Origin: an uncultured Bacillus sp.
Lineage (GTDB): Bacteria; Bacillota; Bacilli; Bacillales; Cytobacillaceae
Assembly (NCBI GenBank): GCA_937902115.1
Contig: CALGSR010000446.1
Span: forward strand, 1 to 35,621
Reading direction: 5' to 3'
Length of the DNA stretch: 35,621 bases
The notes under the pieces are model-generated. The model worked only from the letters and a program-made list of their open reading frames with translations, had not been told where the DNA came from and made no database searches. The number at the start of each line of letters is the position of its first letter. The first letter of the stretch is position 1. Positions 1 through 8,500 of the stretch are shown in pieces. Made by a program: the position numbers and the translations under genes.

Positions 1-14
1 GTATCACTGTGGAT

Positions 15-103
15 TGGATCACCTTTGTCTCAAATGGATCATTTTCTTGTCACAGCTGGATCAAAAAGATGGCACAACTGGGTCAATTGGATGGCTGTAA
101 TCA
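15..103. mobile_element. Probable terminal end of an IS21-family insertion sequence (body lies left of the window)
   Basis: Four TGG(A/G)TCA-cored repeats start at 15, 35, 57 and 79 (20-22 bp spacing) and the segment ends in ...GGCTGTAATCA. The reverse complement begins TG and carries tandem GCCATC-N4-TGA(C/T)CCA units. Multiple subterminal repeats plus a TG...CA end are typical of IS21-family ends. Confidence 0.6.
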
Positions 104-184
104 TATAGATAATGTTAATTAGTATATCGTGTTTGGAATGTGTTTTTTAATAGACTGAAAAAGGAAAGATGAAAAGTGAAATCT

Positions 185-671
185 ATGAAAAAATCAGATA
201 TTTTAAGTGGTGATACCTTTAGTTATTATGAGGTATTTGGGGATAGAAAGGGCTTGTTCTAAAGACGAAAGTGAATGATCTAAATTATTATATTTGATCA
301 GTATTGTATGAATCCAAGCTGCAAGTGTGATGATGTCATTCTTATCTATACGGAAAGCAAGAATAATGATTCGGAGTTTGCTATCAGATTAACATTAAAA
401 AAGAAAAAATATGAAATTCTTGATCTTTACGGTATTTCTAGAAGACAAGTGGATGAGATTGTTAAGGATTCATTAGAAGATAGTGGAGATGCAATGTGGC
501 TATTAAAAAACGCTATGAAGAGTTGAAGGAAGCAGGAAAGGTCGTTCTAAAAGAAGAACAGGGAAAAAATAAAATAAAAGTGTAATTAAAACGCGGGAGA
601 AAACTCCTGAAAGAAATGATCCGTGTCCATGTGGAAGTGGAAAGAAGTACAAAAAGTACTGTAGTGTATAG
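185..671 (+). pseudogene. Fragmented SEC-C (SecA-type Zn-binding motif) domain protein
   Basis: Short ORF pieces (ATG at about 185 with an early stop; ORF 308-526) are followed in another frame by [19 protein letters not shown] at 612-671, a SEC-C motif with one Cys replaced by Tyr. Confidence 0.6.
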
Positions 672-861
672 TTGATTGATAGCATTAATAAAAAGAACTT
701 TATAGTATGCAGGAACTCCTTATAGAAGTGGAGAACAATTTTTAAATATAGAATTTGCAGAAAAAACTTGTTGACGAAATAAGTATCTTTCGTAGTATTT
801 AAACTCGTTATGGAAAGTTATCTGGATTTGGCTGCAATTTCATTTAAATTAATTAAAGAAG

Positions 862-1629
862 GTGAATCTATTGGATTTTAAGGAACTCTCTGCATTGAAG
901 GATGAAATCGATAAGAAGCGGCCAATTGCAGCGGATAAAATGGACATATTATCTCAAAAATTTAGAGAAGAATGGACCTATCATAGCAATGCATTGGAAG
1001 GAAATACGTTAACACTAGGAGAAACAGCATTTTTCTTGCGCGAGGGTCTGACGATTAAAGGAAAGACGTTACGTGAACATCAAGAAGTTGCTAATCATGC
1101 GGAAGCGATTCTCTATTTGAGTGAGGCACTAGAAGACAAGGAAATTTCAGAGAGACTTATTAAAGACTTACATGCGATTATTTTTATAGGTGTGAAAGAT
1201 GAAAAAGGGAGATTATTCAAGGGCGGTAGTTACAAAACAGAAGATAATTTTGCTATTACTCTTAGTGGGATCATCAAAAAATATACACCAGCAATCGAAG
1301 TGCAACAAGAAATGGAAGGATTAATCACTTGGTATCAGCGTAGTAAAGAATCATTGCACCCAGTAGAGTTAGCGGCTACATTTCATCATAAGTTAGTTTC
1401 TATTCATCCTTTCCAAGATGGAAACGGAAGAGTATGTAGGCTATGTATGAATTTGATTTTAATGAAGTTCGGTTATCCTCCAGCTGTGATTCGAAAAGAA
1501 GAACGAGAAGACTATTTGCTATCTTTGGAATCAGCTGACAATGGAAATCTAACTCCACTTATTGATTTGGTAGCAAAAGAATTGAAAAAAGGTTTAAAAA
1601 TTATGAAGGAATTTTTGGATGATAATTAA
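862..1629 (+). CDS. Fic-family protein (class II, N-terminal autoinhibitory helix)
   Basis: Fic catalytic motif HPFQDGNGRVCR and inhibitory motif SNALEGN; GTG start after AAGAAG. Confidence 0.93.
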   Translation: MNLLDFKELSALKDEIDKKRPIAADKMDILSQKFREEWTYHSNALEGNTLTLGETAFFLREGLTIKGKTLREHQEVANHAEAILYLSEALEDKEISERLIKDLHAIIFIGVKDEKGRLFKGGSYKTEDNFAITLSGIIKKYTPAIEVQQEMEGLITWYQRSKESLHPVELAATFHHKLVSIHPFQDGNGRVCRLCMNLILMKFGYPPAVIRKEEREDYLLSLESADNGNLTPLIDLVAKELKKGLKIMKEFLDDN

Positions 1630-1647
1630 TCAAATATAATACTGTAA

Positions 1648-1871
1648 AATGCTAACATTTTGCTAACGCAATCTCGTGAAAAATGGTAAATCCCCGTTAA
1701 AGATGTTACAGTAAAAAATATCCAAAACGTTGATTTACCGCACTTATTTCACCTCACGTTAACGATATTACACACTCTCATCTTACGGGCGGCATGATGT
1801 AATAAGCCGCCTCGCCCCTTGATATACAAGGGTCTTTGGGTAAGATGTGAGTGTAATGCTAACATTTTGCT
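1648..1871 (+). repeat. 17-bp direct repeat AATGCTAACATTTTGCT flanking the att core (possible integrase arm-type sites)
   Basis: Identical copies at 1648-1664 and 1855-1871, each with an internal TGCT(A/C)AC tandem. Confidence 0.7.
1787..1806 (+). mobile_element. Probable attR: duplicated 3' end of groEL
   Basis: GGC GGC ATG ATG TAA TAA encodes G-G-M-M-stop, the GroEL C-terminus, in otherwise non-coding DNA. The window ends in yeaC/yeaD, which lie downstream of groEL in Bacillus. Confidence 0.7.
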
Positions 1872-1890
1872 CACATAGAGGATATTAATC

Positions 1891-1933
1891 AAGGCTTCTC
1901 ACAAGTTGAATAAACTTGTGAGAAGCCTTTTTT
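1891..1933. terminator. Long hairpin, bidirectional terminator-like; member of a local palindrome family
   Basis: AAGGCTTCTCACAAGTT-gaata-AACTTGTGAGAAGCCTT followed by a T-run. Confidence 0.8.
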
Positions 1934-1996
1934 GTGTTTCATAATTTTCGCTGGTTCCGGTATCACATTTGCAAACTATTGATTGCAGCATTGCAT

Positions 1997-3400
1997 TTAC
2001 ACTTTTTCAATAACAGGAATTGATATCACAGTTTTTAATCCACTTTCACTTGGGGTCGATAGATTCACTTTTCCTTTATGAATAGCAACTATTTCTTTTA
2101 CAATTAATAATCCCAGACCCTTTCTGTTTTTTGGGGGAGAGATGTTTTGTTTATCATTAAAAAGGCTTTTGATTTCCTTAAATTGTTCCTGGGTTATACC
2201 TTTCCCTGTATCTTCTACAACGATATCTATATGTTCCATTTGTTCTTTAATGGATACATAAATTTCACAACCCTCTGGATTATGTTTCATACTATTTAAA
2301 ATCAGGTTACTTATGGCTCTTTTTAATAAACTTTCTTCACCTAAAACTTGGGATTCAGCTGTTATTCCCTCTGCATTGAAGATAATTTGGTATTTATCAT
2401 CTAGGTCGCTGTTTAATATTTCTGTGATGATTTGTCTGACTATTTTTAATGGGAAAATAGAGGACAGTGGTATATTTAAACCTTTACTCTCCAAGTGCGA
2501 CACTAAGTTCAAGTTTTCAATCAATTCTTTTATGATGATACTCTGCTCGGCCATAACATTCACTAGCTGCCTATCTGTTTTACTTAAAGAACCTGTATTT
2601 TTTAGTTTCTCAGAGTAACCTAAAATGATCGATAGAGGTGTACGAATATCATGTGAAATTCCCTCGATCCAATTTTCCCTATTTTTTTCTTTTTCAATTA
2701 GGAAATTATTCTTTTGCTGTAATTCAGCGGAAGTTCGGTTTATACTTTCAGCAATTTCCGAAAATGCTCCTGTTTTCATTAATGCAGCAGGTTTGCCTTC
2801 AGACAGATTCGTGATCCCTTCAATAATTGGCGAAATGGAGCGGTTCATTCGTTTCGTCAGATATAGGTAGACAAATAGTAGAATAAGTAAATCAATTGCA
2901 GCAATGAATAGAAACAGATAGAAGATTTTCTTCATTTCCCCCATTGTATATTCGAGATTAATTTTTACGTAACTATCCTTTGGATACGCTAACACTAAAA
3001 GTCCATCATGATGTTCCCACGTAAATACGGGGTAATCTTCCAAATAGTATCTAGAGAACTGGGAAATATCGGTTAGATTAAATTGCAGAGGAATCCCTGT
3101 TGGTACATTAAGTCCCCAAACCACTTTACCTGTTTCGTTATCTATTAACATTCCCCAAATATTATCATTCGTTAGTCTTGCTTGTAGGTTTGCATCTATA
3201 TGATATTCACCATCTTTATCCTTTTTCAAAGAAGCCGTGGTTTGTTCTAACATGGAAACTGGCAAATCAGCATCCTGATAGTTTTGCACAGTTTGATAAG
3301 TTAATAGAACATAAACTGAAATGTTGATGGAAATTAACAGGAAAAATAAAATGAGGATGAAAAAAATAAACTTTTTAAAGAGCTGTGTAATTTTTTTCAT
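1997..3400 (-). CDS. Sensor histidine kinase (2 TM, HAMP, HisKA, HATPase)
   Basis: H-box ISHDIRTPL, N-box NLILNSMKHN, G-boxes DTGKG and GLGL; overlaps the response regulator stop codon. Confidence 0.95.
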   Translation of the reverse strand: MKKITQLFKKFIFFILILFFLLISINISVYVLLTYQTVQNYQDADLPVSMLEQTTASLKKDKDGEYHIDANLQARLTNDNIWGMLIDNETGKVVWGLNVPTGIPLQFNLTDISQFSRYYLEDYPVFTWEHHDGLLVLAYPKDSYVKINLEYTMGEMKKIFYLFLFIAAIDLLILLFVYLYLTKRMNRSISPIIEGITNLSEGKPAALMKTGAFSEIAESINRTSAELQQKNNFLIEKEKNRENWIEGISHDIRTPLSIILGYSEKLKNTGSLSKTDRQLVNVMAEQSIIIKELIENLNLVSHLESKGLNIPLSSIFPLKIVRQIITEILNSDLDDKYQIIFNAEGITAESQVLGEESLLKRAISNLILNSMKHNPEGCEIYVSIKEQMEHIDIVVEDTGKGITQEQFKEIKSLFNDKQNISPPKNRKGLGLLIVKEIVAIHKGKVNLSTPSESGLKTVISIPVIEKV

Positions 3401-4107
3401 CTAACTTCACGTCTATTCTTGGTTAGTAATTTATAGCCTAATCCCCTTACTGTTAATAAAGATTCAGGTTTAGATGGATTATCTTCAATCTTTTCACGAA
3501 TTCTTCTAATGTGGGCCATTAAAGAGTTCTCATATCCAAAATTATCACCCCAAACAGCCTCGCACAATAAATCAATCGTTACGATCCGGTTGGAATTTTG
3601 GTTTAATGTCTCTAATATTCTATATTCTGTGGCAGTTAATGGGAGCACTGTATCCCTTTTTGTTACAAGCCCTTTATCAAAATCAATTGAACTATGCTGT
3701 AAAAGTACACTTAATTCTTCTGGATAAACTCTTCTTAAAATAGCTTCGATACGTAATATTAATTCTTTCGGTAAAAAGGGTTTGGTGATGTAATCATCAG
3801 CACCCAAAGAAAGTCCTTTTAATTTATCTTTATCTTCCCCTTTGGCTGTCAAAAAGATAACAGGTATATCGGACTTTCGCTGAATAAACTCAAATAAATC
3901 GTAACCGGTACCATCGGGTAACATAATATCCAATATCACTATATCTGGTTCAAAAATCTGTAAAACTTCTTGGGCTTCAATGACAGATTGTGCAGTTTGA
4001 ATATTATTGAAACCATTATCATTAAGAATGGAAACAATCATTTTTAGTAAGGTTCCTTCATCATCGACAATTAGTACCTTCCTGGCATACCTCCCTATTA
4101 CATTCAT
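3397..4107 (-). CDS. OmpR-family response regulator
   Basis: Receiver motifs LIVDDE, ILDIMLPD and GADDYITKPF; C-terminal winged helix HIRRIREKIE..TVRGLGY. Confidence 0.96.
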   Translation of the reverse strand: MNVIGRYARKVLIVDDEGTLLKMIVSILNDNGFNNIQTAQSVIEAQEVLQIFEPDIVILDIMLPDGTGYDLFEFIQRKSDIPVIFLTAKGEDKDKLKGLSLGADDYITKPFLPKELILRIEAILRRVYPEELSVLLQHSSIDFDKGLVTKRDTVLPLTATEYRILETLNQNSNRIVTIDLLCEAVWGDNFGYENSLMAHIRRIREKIEDNPSKPESLLTVRGLGYKLLTKNRREVR

Positions 4108-4173
4108 AATCTACCACCCCCTCTAATGAATTTATCATAATGAAAATGAAAAGTTATTTCCACTTAAGAAAAG

Positions 4174-4211
4174 TAAAGTAAATGTAAGGTAGGAAGAAGG
4201 AGAGTGTAAGG
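4174..4211 (+). promoter_or_regulatory. Four 11-bp-phased direct repeats, probable response-regulator boxes
   Basis: TAAAG at 4174, TAAGG at 4185, GAAGG at 4196 and TAAGG at 4207, between the divergent regulator and ABC genes. Confidence 0.6.
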
Positions 4212-4255
4212 AAGGATTGTTAAATTAATAGATAATAGCGAAGGGGGAAATAAAG

Positions 4256-5005
4256 GTGAACATAATCGAAACAAATGATTTAACAAAAACATATAAAAAT
4301 TTCACTGCCGTCAACAAAGTGAATTTGCATGTAAAAAAAGGCCGTATCTATGGTTTTCTAGGGCCAAATGGTGCTGGAAAATCAACAACTATGAAAATGC
4401 TATTAGGTTTAACAGAACCAACATCAGGTAGTTTTCATATTAATAGTAAAACCTTCCCGAAAGAACGAGAGCTTATATTAAAAAATATTGGTTCCATTAT
4501 TGAAGCACCGTCTTTCTATGGCAATTTAACAGGGCGAGAGAACCTTGATATCATTCGGAAAGTATTGGATTTACCGAAGGAATCAGTCGATGAAACGTTA
4601 AAATTAGTTGGGTTGGATGAATTCGGGGATAGATTAGCAAAAAAGTATTCATTGGGAATGAAGCAAAGATTGGGAATTGCTTCCGCTTTGATTGGAAGCC
4701 CCCCTATATTAATTTTGGATGAACCGACAAATAGTTTAGATCCAGTAGGAACACATGAAATTCGGAATTTAATTATTTCATTACCCAAACAAACAGGCTG
4801 CACGATTATTATATCATCCCATTTATTATCTGAAATGCAATTAATGGCAGAGGATGTTGGCATTCTCAATAAGGGAAGGCTTTTATTTGAAGGCAGTATG
4901 AAAGAATTATATTTAAAAGCAGAAAAGGAAGGGTATGGTTCGGAAAACCTTGAGGATATGTTCCTTGGGATGATTGATAAGGATAACCGAGAGGGAAGAG
5001 GGTGA
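4256..5005 (+). CDS. ABC transporter ATP-binding subunit, LanF/BcrA-type
   Basis: Walker A GPNGAGKST, E-loop IIEAP typical of LanF, signature YSLGMKQRLG, Walker B LILDEPTN. Confidence 0.92.
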   Translation: MNIIETNDLTKTYKNFTAVNKVNLHVKKGRIYGFLGPNGAGKSTTMKMLLGLTEPTSGSFHINSKTFPKERELILKNIGSIIEAPSFYGNLTGRENLDIIRKVLDLPKESVDETLKLVGLDEFGDRLAKKYSLGMKQRLGIASALIGSPPILILDEPTNSLDPVGTHEIRNLIISLPKQTGCTIIISSHLLSEMQLMAEDVGILNKGRLLFEGSMKELYLKAEKEGYGSENLEDMFLGMIDKDNREGRG

Positions 5006-5010
5006 AATAG

Positions 5011-5742
5011 GTGGGGATGCATTCACTAAGTATTGAAGTACAAAAACTACGCAGAGCAGGAGTAATAGGAACACTCATGCTGGCAGGAGCCGCGGGTTCA
5101 ATCTATGCTGTGATGAATTGGGTAGGTCGCAAGGAAGTCTTGCTTGCTGCAGACATCAATCCAATGTCAGTTTTATTAACCCAGTTATACGGTGTTATTT
5201 GTTTGTTAAACATCTTTGCGATCATCGTGATCACTAGTAACATTTATTATATTGAGCATCAAAACAATGGATTAAAAAGGATGCGGACGCTGCCTATTAA
5301 AATTTCAGAAATCTTTACTAGTAAACTGGTTATTTTAAGTGGAACGCTTTTGATAGCGTATGTAATAGAATTTACTACTTTGGCATTGTTAGGGAATCTT
5401 TACTTACCTAAAGAGACATTTGATTTCATTGTACTTATTCAATTTGCATTTTATGTTTTTTTAATATCACTGCCTTGTTTAACCTTAATGTTAATGGTAT
5501 CTATGCTTTCCGCTAATCTTTGGATTACTATTGGAATTGGCGTTGTAGGATTTTTTAGTGGTATGTCGATGGTGGCGATGGATACTGCCGTTAATACACT
5601 AAATCCATTTGCCTTAATATTAAAACCTGCTATGAGTTTATCGGCAGAGGTAGATCTCATTATGTTAATGATTTCTGTTATCGAAACTATAATTTTTGTT
5701 GCGATCGGGATTTTTATTGCAAATAAGAGGAAAGAGGAATAG
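5011..5742 (+). CDS. ABC-2 permease, LanE-like lantibiotic-immunity type
   Basis: About 6 TM segments; N-terminal E-x2-KLRR and EHQNNG..TLP motifs. Confidence 0.85.
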   Translation: MGMHSLSIEVQKLRRAGVIGTLMLAGAAGSIYAVMNWVGRKEVLLAADINPMSVLLTQLYGVICLLNIFAIIVITSNIYYIEHQNNGLKRMRTLPIKISEIFTSKLVILSGTLLIAYVIEFTTLALLGNLYLPKETFDFIVLIQFAFYVFLISLPCLTLMLMVSMLSANLWITIGIGVVGFFSGMSMVAMDTAVNTLNPFALILKPAMSLSAEVDLIMLMISVIETIIFVAIGIFIANKRKEE

Positions 5743-5753
5743 GAGAATGAATT

Positions 5754-6518
5754 ATGACATTTATTCAATTAATTCAAATTGAATTTCAGAAAATAAAGAG
5801 GGCAAAAATAATGCCAATATTAGCTATATGTCCCTTACTTATCATTATTTCGGGGATTAATAGTTTAATGAATTATATTTCTCCGGAAACAGAAGGAGCT
5901 TGGCAGGCTATGTTTGTACAAAGCTGTCTTTTATTCGCTTATTATTTATTACCTTTTACGATGATAGTCGTATCAATATTAATAACCCAACGGGAAAAGG
6001 AAAATAACGGGATTGTAAAAATGCTATCGCTGCCTATCAAAAGGCAAAAGGTGGCTCTTGCTAAGTTTATTGTATTTTTATTTTTCTTGTTCATAGAGGT
6101 TTTGTTGTTTTTCATATTCTTTGTCATTTCCGGCTTATATGCTGCAAACAGGATTGGATTACACGAATCTGTGCCATACGGATATATTCTAGAATGGAGC
6201 GGTATCATATTTTTCACGGCAATCCCTCTTGTTTCACTGATATGGATGTTAGCAATCCTATTCGAAAAGGCAATATTAACGATTGGTATAAGTATGTTAA
6301 TGGTTATAGCTTCTGTATTTATTGCCAATACAAGCTATTGGGCACTTTTCCCTTTTAGCTACAGTGGGATATTCGTAACTGCTGAATTAAGCAGAATCTC
6401 CAATGGAGCAACGAGTTTAAACGTAGATTTATTCCCGTTTATACCAGTGGCACTTCTAATAACAGCTGCTTCTTTATATATTTCTTCCAATAGATTTGGA
6501 AAGATAGAAATAAGGTAA
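5754..6518 (+). CDS. ABC-2 permease, LanG-like lantibiotic-immunity type
   Basis: About 6 TM segments; IEFQKIKR and EKENNG..MLSLP..AK motifs; paralogous to the preceding permease. Confidence 0.85.
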   Translation: MTFIQLIQIEFQKIKRAKIMPILAICPLLIIISGINSLMNYISPETEGAWQAMFVQSCLLFAYYLLPFTMIVVSILITQREKENNGIVKMLSLPIKRQKVALAKFIVFLFFLFIEVLLFFIFFVISGLYAANRIGLHESVPYGYILEWSGIIFFTAIPLVSLIWMLAILFEKAILTIGISMLMVIASVFIANTSYWALFPFSYSGIFVTAELSRISNGATSLNVDLFPFIPVALLITAASLYISSNRFGKIEIR

Positions 6519-6716
6519 AATACCAAATGATGAACATGGAAGGTTTTGCTGCGATAACACGAAAAATGTATGGTATAGTCTCTCGCAAGTTGTATAAACT
6601 GGTGAGAGGCCTCATTTGTATTTCGGACTTTTGGAAAATGCCTGCTTGGATAGATGACCGCCATTCATTTTTCTACATGACATCTTTGATGCTATATAGA
6701 TGTATTTTGTAGATAT

Positions 6717-6821
6717 GATTGTTTAGAAGCCCAAGGATTCATTGGGAAAAGCCCAAGGGAAACGATTAAACAGGCGTTTCAAATTGGAATAATTGAAGAC
6801 GGTCATCTTTAGATCGAGGCT
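6717..6821 (+). pseudogene. Fragment of an HI0074-family (HEPN, nucleotidyltransferase substrate-binding) gene
   Basis: Translates as DCLEAQGFIGKSPRETIKQAFQIGIIEDGHL*IEA. The SPRExIKQAFQxGxIEDG pattern matches my recollection of this family, and TAG stands where a Trp codon (TGG) is expected. No start codon or RBS. Confidence 0.7.
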
Positions 6822-6858
6822 TCCTATGAGTTAAATAGACTTGTGAGAAGTCCTTTTT
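6817..6858. terminator. Degenerate hairpin related to the one at 1891
   Basis: AGGCTTCCTATGAGTTAAATAGACTTGTGAGAAGTCCTTTTT. Confidence 0.55.
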
Positions 6859-7236
6859 GTATTTCTTGTTTTTTCGCACCGTTGTCGGCAACTCCTCCCT
6901 GATGGTGCCTAGTATCACATTCACTTCCGAAGTCAGTAAATATCAGGACTTTTTGGATTACTGCATCGAGAACTATGTGTTATTAACCACCTAAGTTTTA
7001 AATCAATTAGAAATCTACTTTATTACAAGACAAACCAAAAAATGGGTGGTAATAATGGATATGTATAATTCTAACAATTATATAGTTGTAAAAATTATTT
7101 AATTTTTTAAAAATTTGGGAAATTTGTAAAAATTTGTTGTACCCGGTATATTTTTACATCATTATGATGGTAATAGAATTTATTATTGTAGATTAAGAGA
7201 AAATTTCTATACAAAGATAATATAGAGTTCAGATTA

Positions 7237-7360
7237 GGGATAAAAGGTGAAACTTCCATCAATGGGTTTTTTGACGCACAGGAAGTGCTAGTGCAGACAA
7301 AGACATAAGGACATAACGCTACTTAATCGACCTGCTCGTTAAGAGTGGGAAAAATGCTGA
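7237..7360. repeat. Possible degenerate Bacillaceae interspersed repeat
   Basis: GC-richer patch (GGGATAAAAGGTGAAACTTCCATCAATGGG...GACGCACAGGAAGTGCTAGTGC) inside very AT-rich DNA. Resemblance to Bacillus intergenic repeats is from memory only. Confidence 0.3.
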
Positions 7361-7459
7361 ACATGTTAATTGATCAAATGCTTTTAGAAAAATCATATAC
7401 TTTCATACAGAACAAAAGACGTTCGTATGGCATTTATCAAATAGCTTTGAAGGGGGGGA

Positions 7460-7672
7460 ATGACAAACACGCTAGACTTAGCAACGTATAAAATGATGAA
7501 TCAATTTTATAAACTGCAAGAAAATAAGGCTGCTCTCGTATTTATCATTGTATTAATCATTTTATTAGTCTTTGCTTATGATTTTTATTGTACTTCAAAC
7601 GGAATGAACTTCGCAGGGGAACAAAATGTGAAAAAAACAGGCGCATCTTATAAAATCGGTTGTTATACATAG
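7460..7672 (+). CDS. Putative bacteriocin precursor: leader, TM helix and Cys-x23-Cys tail (cluster 1)
   Basis: Strong RBS GAAGGGGGGA; 70 aa; hydrophobic ALVFIIVLIILLVFAY; tail CTSNGMNF...KTGASYKIGC resembles the peptide at 16173. Confidence 0.7.
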   Translation: MTNTLDLATYKMMNQFYKLQENKAALVFIIVLIILLVFAYDFYCTSNGMNFAGEQNVKKTGASYKIGCYT

Positions 7673-7678
7673 CAATAT

Positions 7679-7712
7679 CCTGCACAAACTAGAAAAAAAC
7701 GGCTTGTGCAGG
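7679..7712 (+). promoter_or_regulatory. Stem-loop directly after the precursor gene, without a U-tract
   Basis: CCTGCACAA (7679-7687) pairs with TTGTGCAGG (7704-7712). Confidence 0.55.
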
Positions 7713-7735
7713 TTCAAAAGGTGGATGAGTAAAAG

Positions 7736-8500
7736 ATGAATGAAATATTACAAGTACTAGATTTGAAAAAGTCTTACCATGGCAAACCAATTATCAAGGA
7801 TTTTTCGATTACATTAAAAAAAGCACATATTAGCACATTACTAGGTCACAATGGTGCTGGAAAGACTACTGCAATAAGAACAATACTTGGTCTAGAGGAA
7901 AAGATTAATGGAGAAATTTTATTTAAAGGAAAGAATATTAAGGAAGATTATAATGATTATAAAAGTAAGCTAGGTTTTATACCAGATGATGAGTTATTTG
8001 ATGATCTTACAGCAATGGAGTATTCGAACTTTTTAGGTAAGGTGAGGAAAATTCCCAAGAAGGACTTTGATAATATAACAAATCATCTAATGGATATACT
8101 AGATTTATATTCATTTAGAAATAATCTACTAAAAACCTATTCGCATGGAATGAGACGGAAAGTACAAATTATCTCTGGAATTATCCACAATCCAGAAATT
8201 CTCATTATTGATGAACCTACAAATGGTTTGGACCCAGATATGATTATCACCTTTAAAGAATTAATTAAGATCCTGCGTGATTTAGGTACAGTAATCTTGT
8301 TAAGTACACATAATTTGGAGTTTGCTGAAAATATAAGTGATAGCATTACAATTATAAAAAAAGGTGAGATAAAAATTAGTGGACTTAAACAGCATATGCT
8401 TAAAGAACTTCAGGTAAAAAATCTCGAAGAGGCCTATATAAAAGTAAACTTGGATTCGCAAAAATTGCAAAGTATAAGGGATATATTTAATTATGCATAA
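7736..8500 (+). CDS. ABC transporter ATP-binding protein (cluster 1)
   Basis: Walker A GHNGAGKTT, signature YSHGMRRK, Walker B LIIDEPT, H-loop STH. Confidence 0.93.
   Translation: MNEILQVLDLKKSYHGKPIIKDFSITLKKAHISTLLGHNGAGKTTAIRTILGLEEKINGEILFKGKNIKEDYNDYKSKLGFIPDDELFDDLTAMEYSNFLGKVRKIPKKDFDNITNHLMDILDLYSFRNNLLKTYSHGMRRKVQIISGIIHNPEILIIDEPTNGLDPDMIITFKELIKILRDLGTVILLSTHNLEFAENISDSITIIKKGEIKISGLKQHMLKELQVKNLEEAYIKVNLDSQKLQSIRDIFNYA

Noticed and set aside
15-103. Short periodic repeats as a CRISPR array
   Set aside because: The period is only 20-22 bp with a 7-bp core, there are no spacer-length unique segments and no cas genes; an IS end fits better.
6527-6712. 61-aa ORF after the LanG-like gene as a lantibiotic precursor
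   Set aside because: No FNLD or double-glycine leader, no Ser/Thr/Cys-rich core, weak RBS and no modification enzymes; it lies in a decayed region.
7460-7672. The small peptides (also 16173-16439) as Flp/type IV pilins
   Set aside because: They lack the G|xxxxE(Y) prepilin motif, and there is no prepilin peptidase, assembly ATPase or Tad gene nearby.
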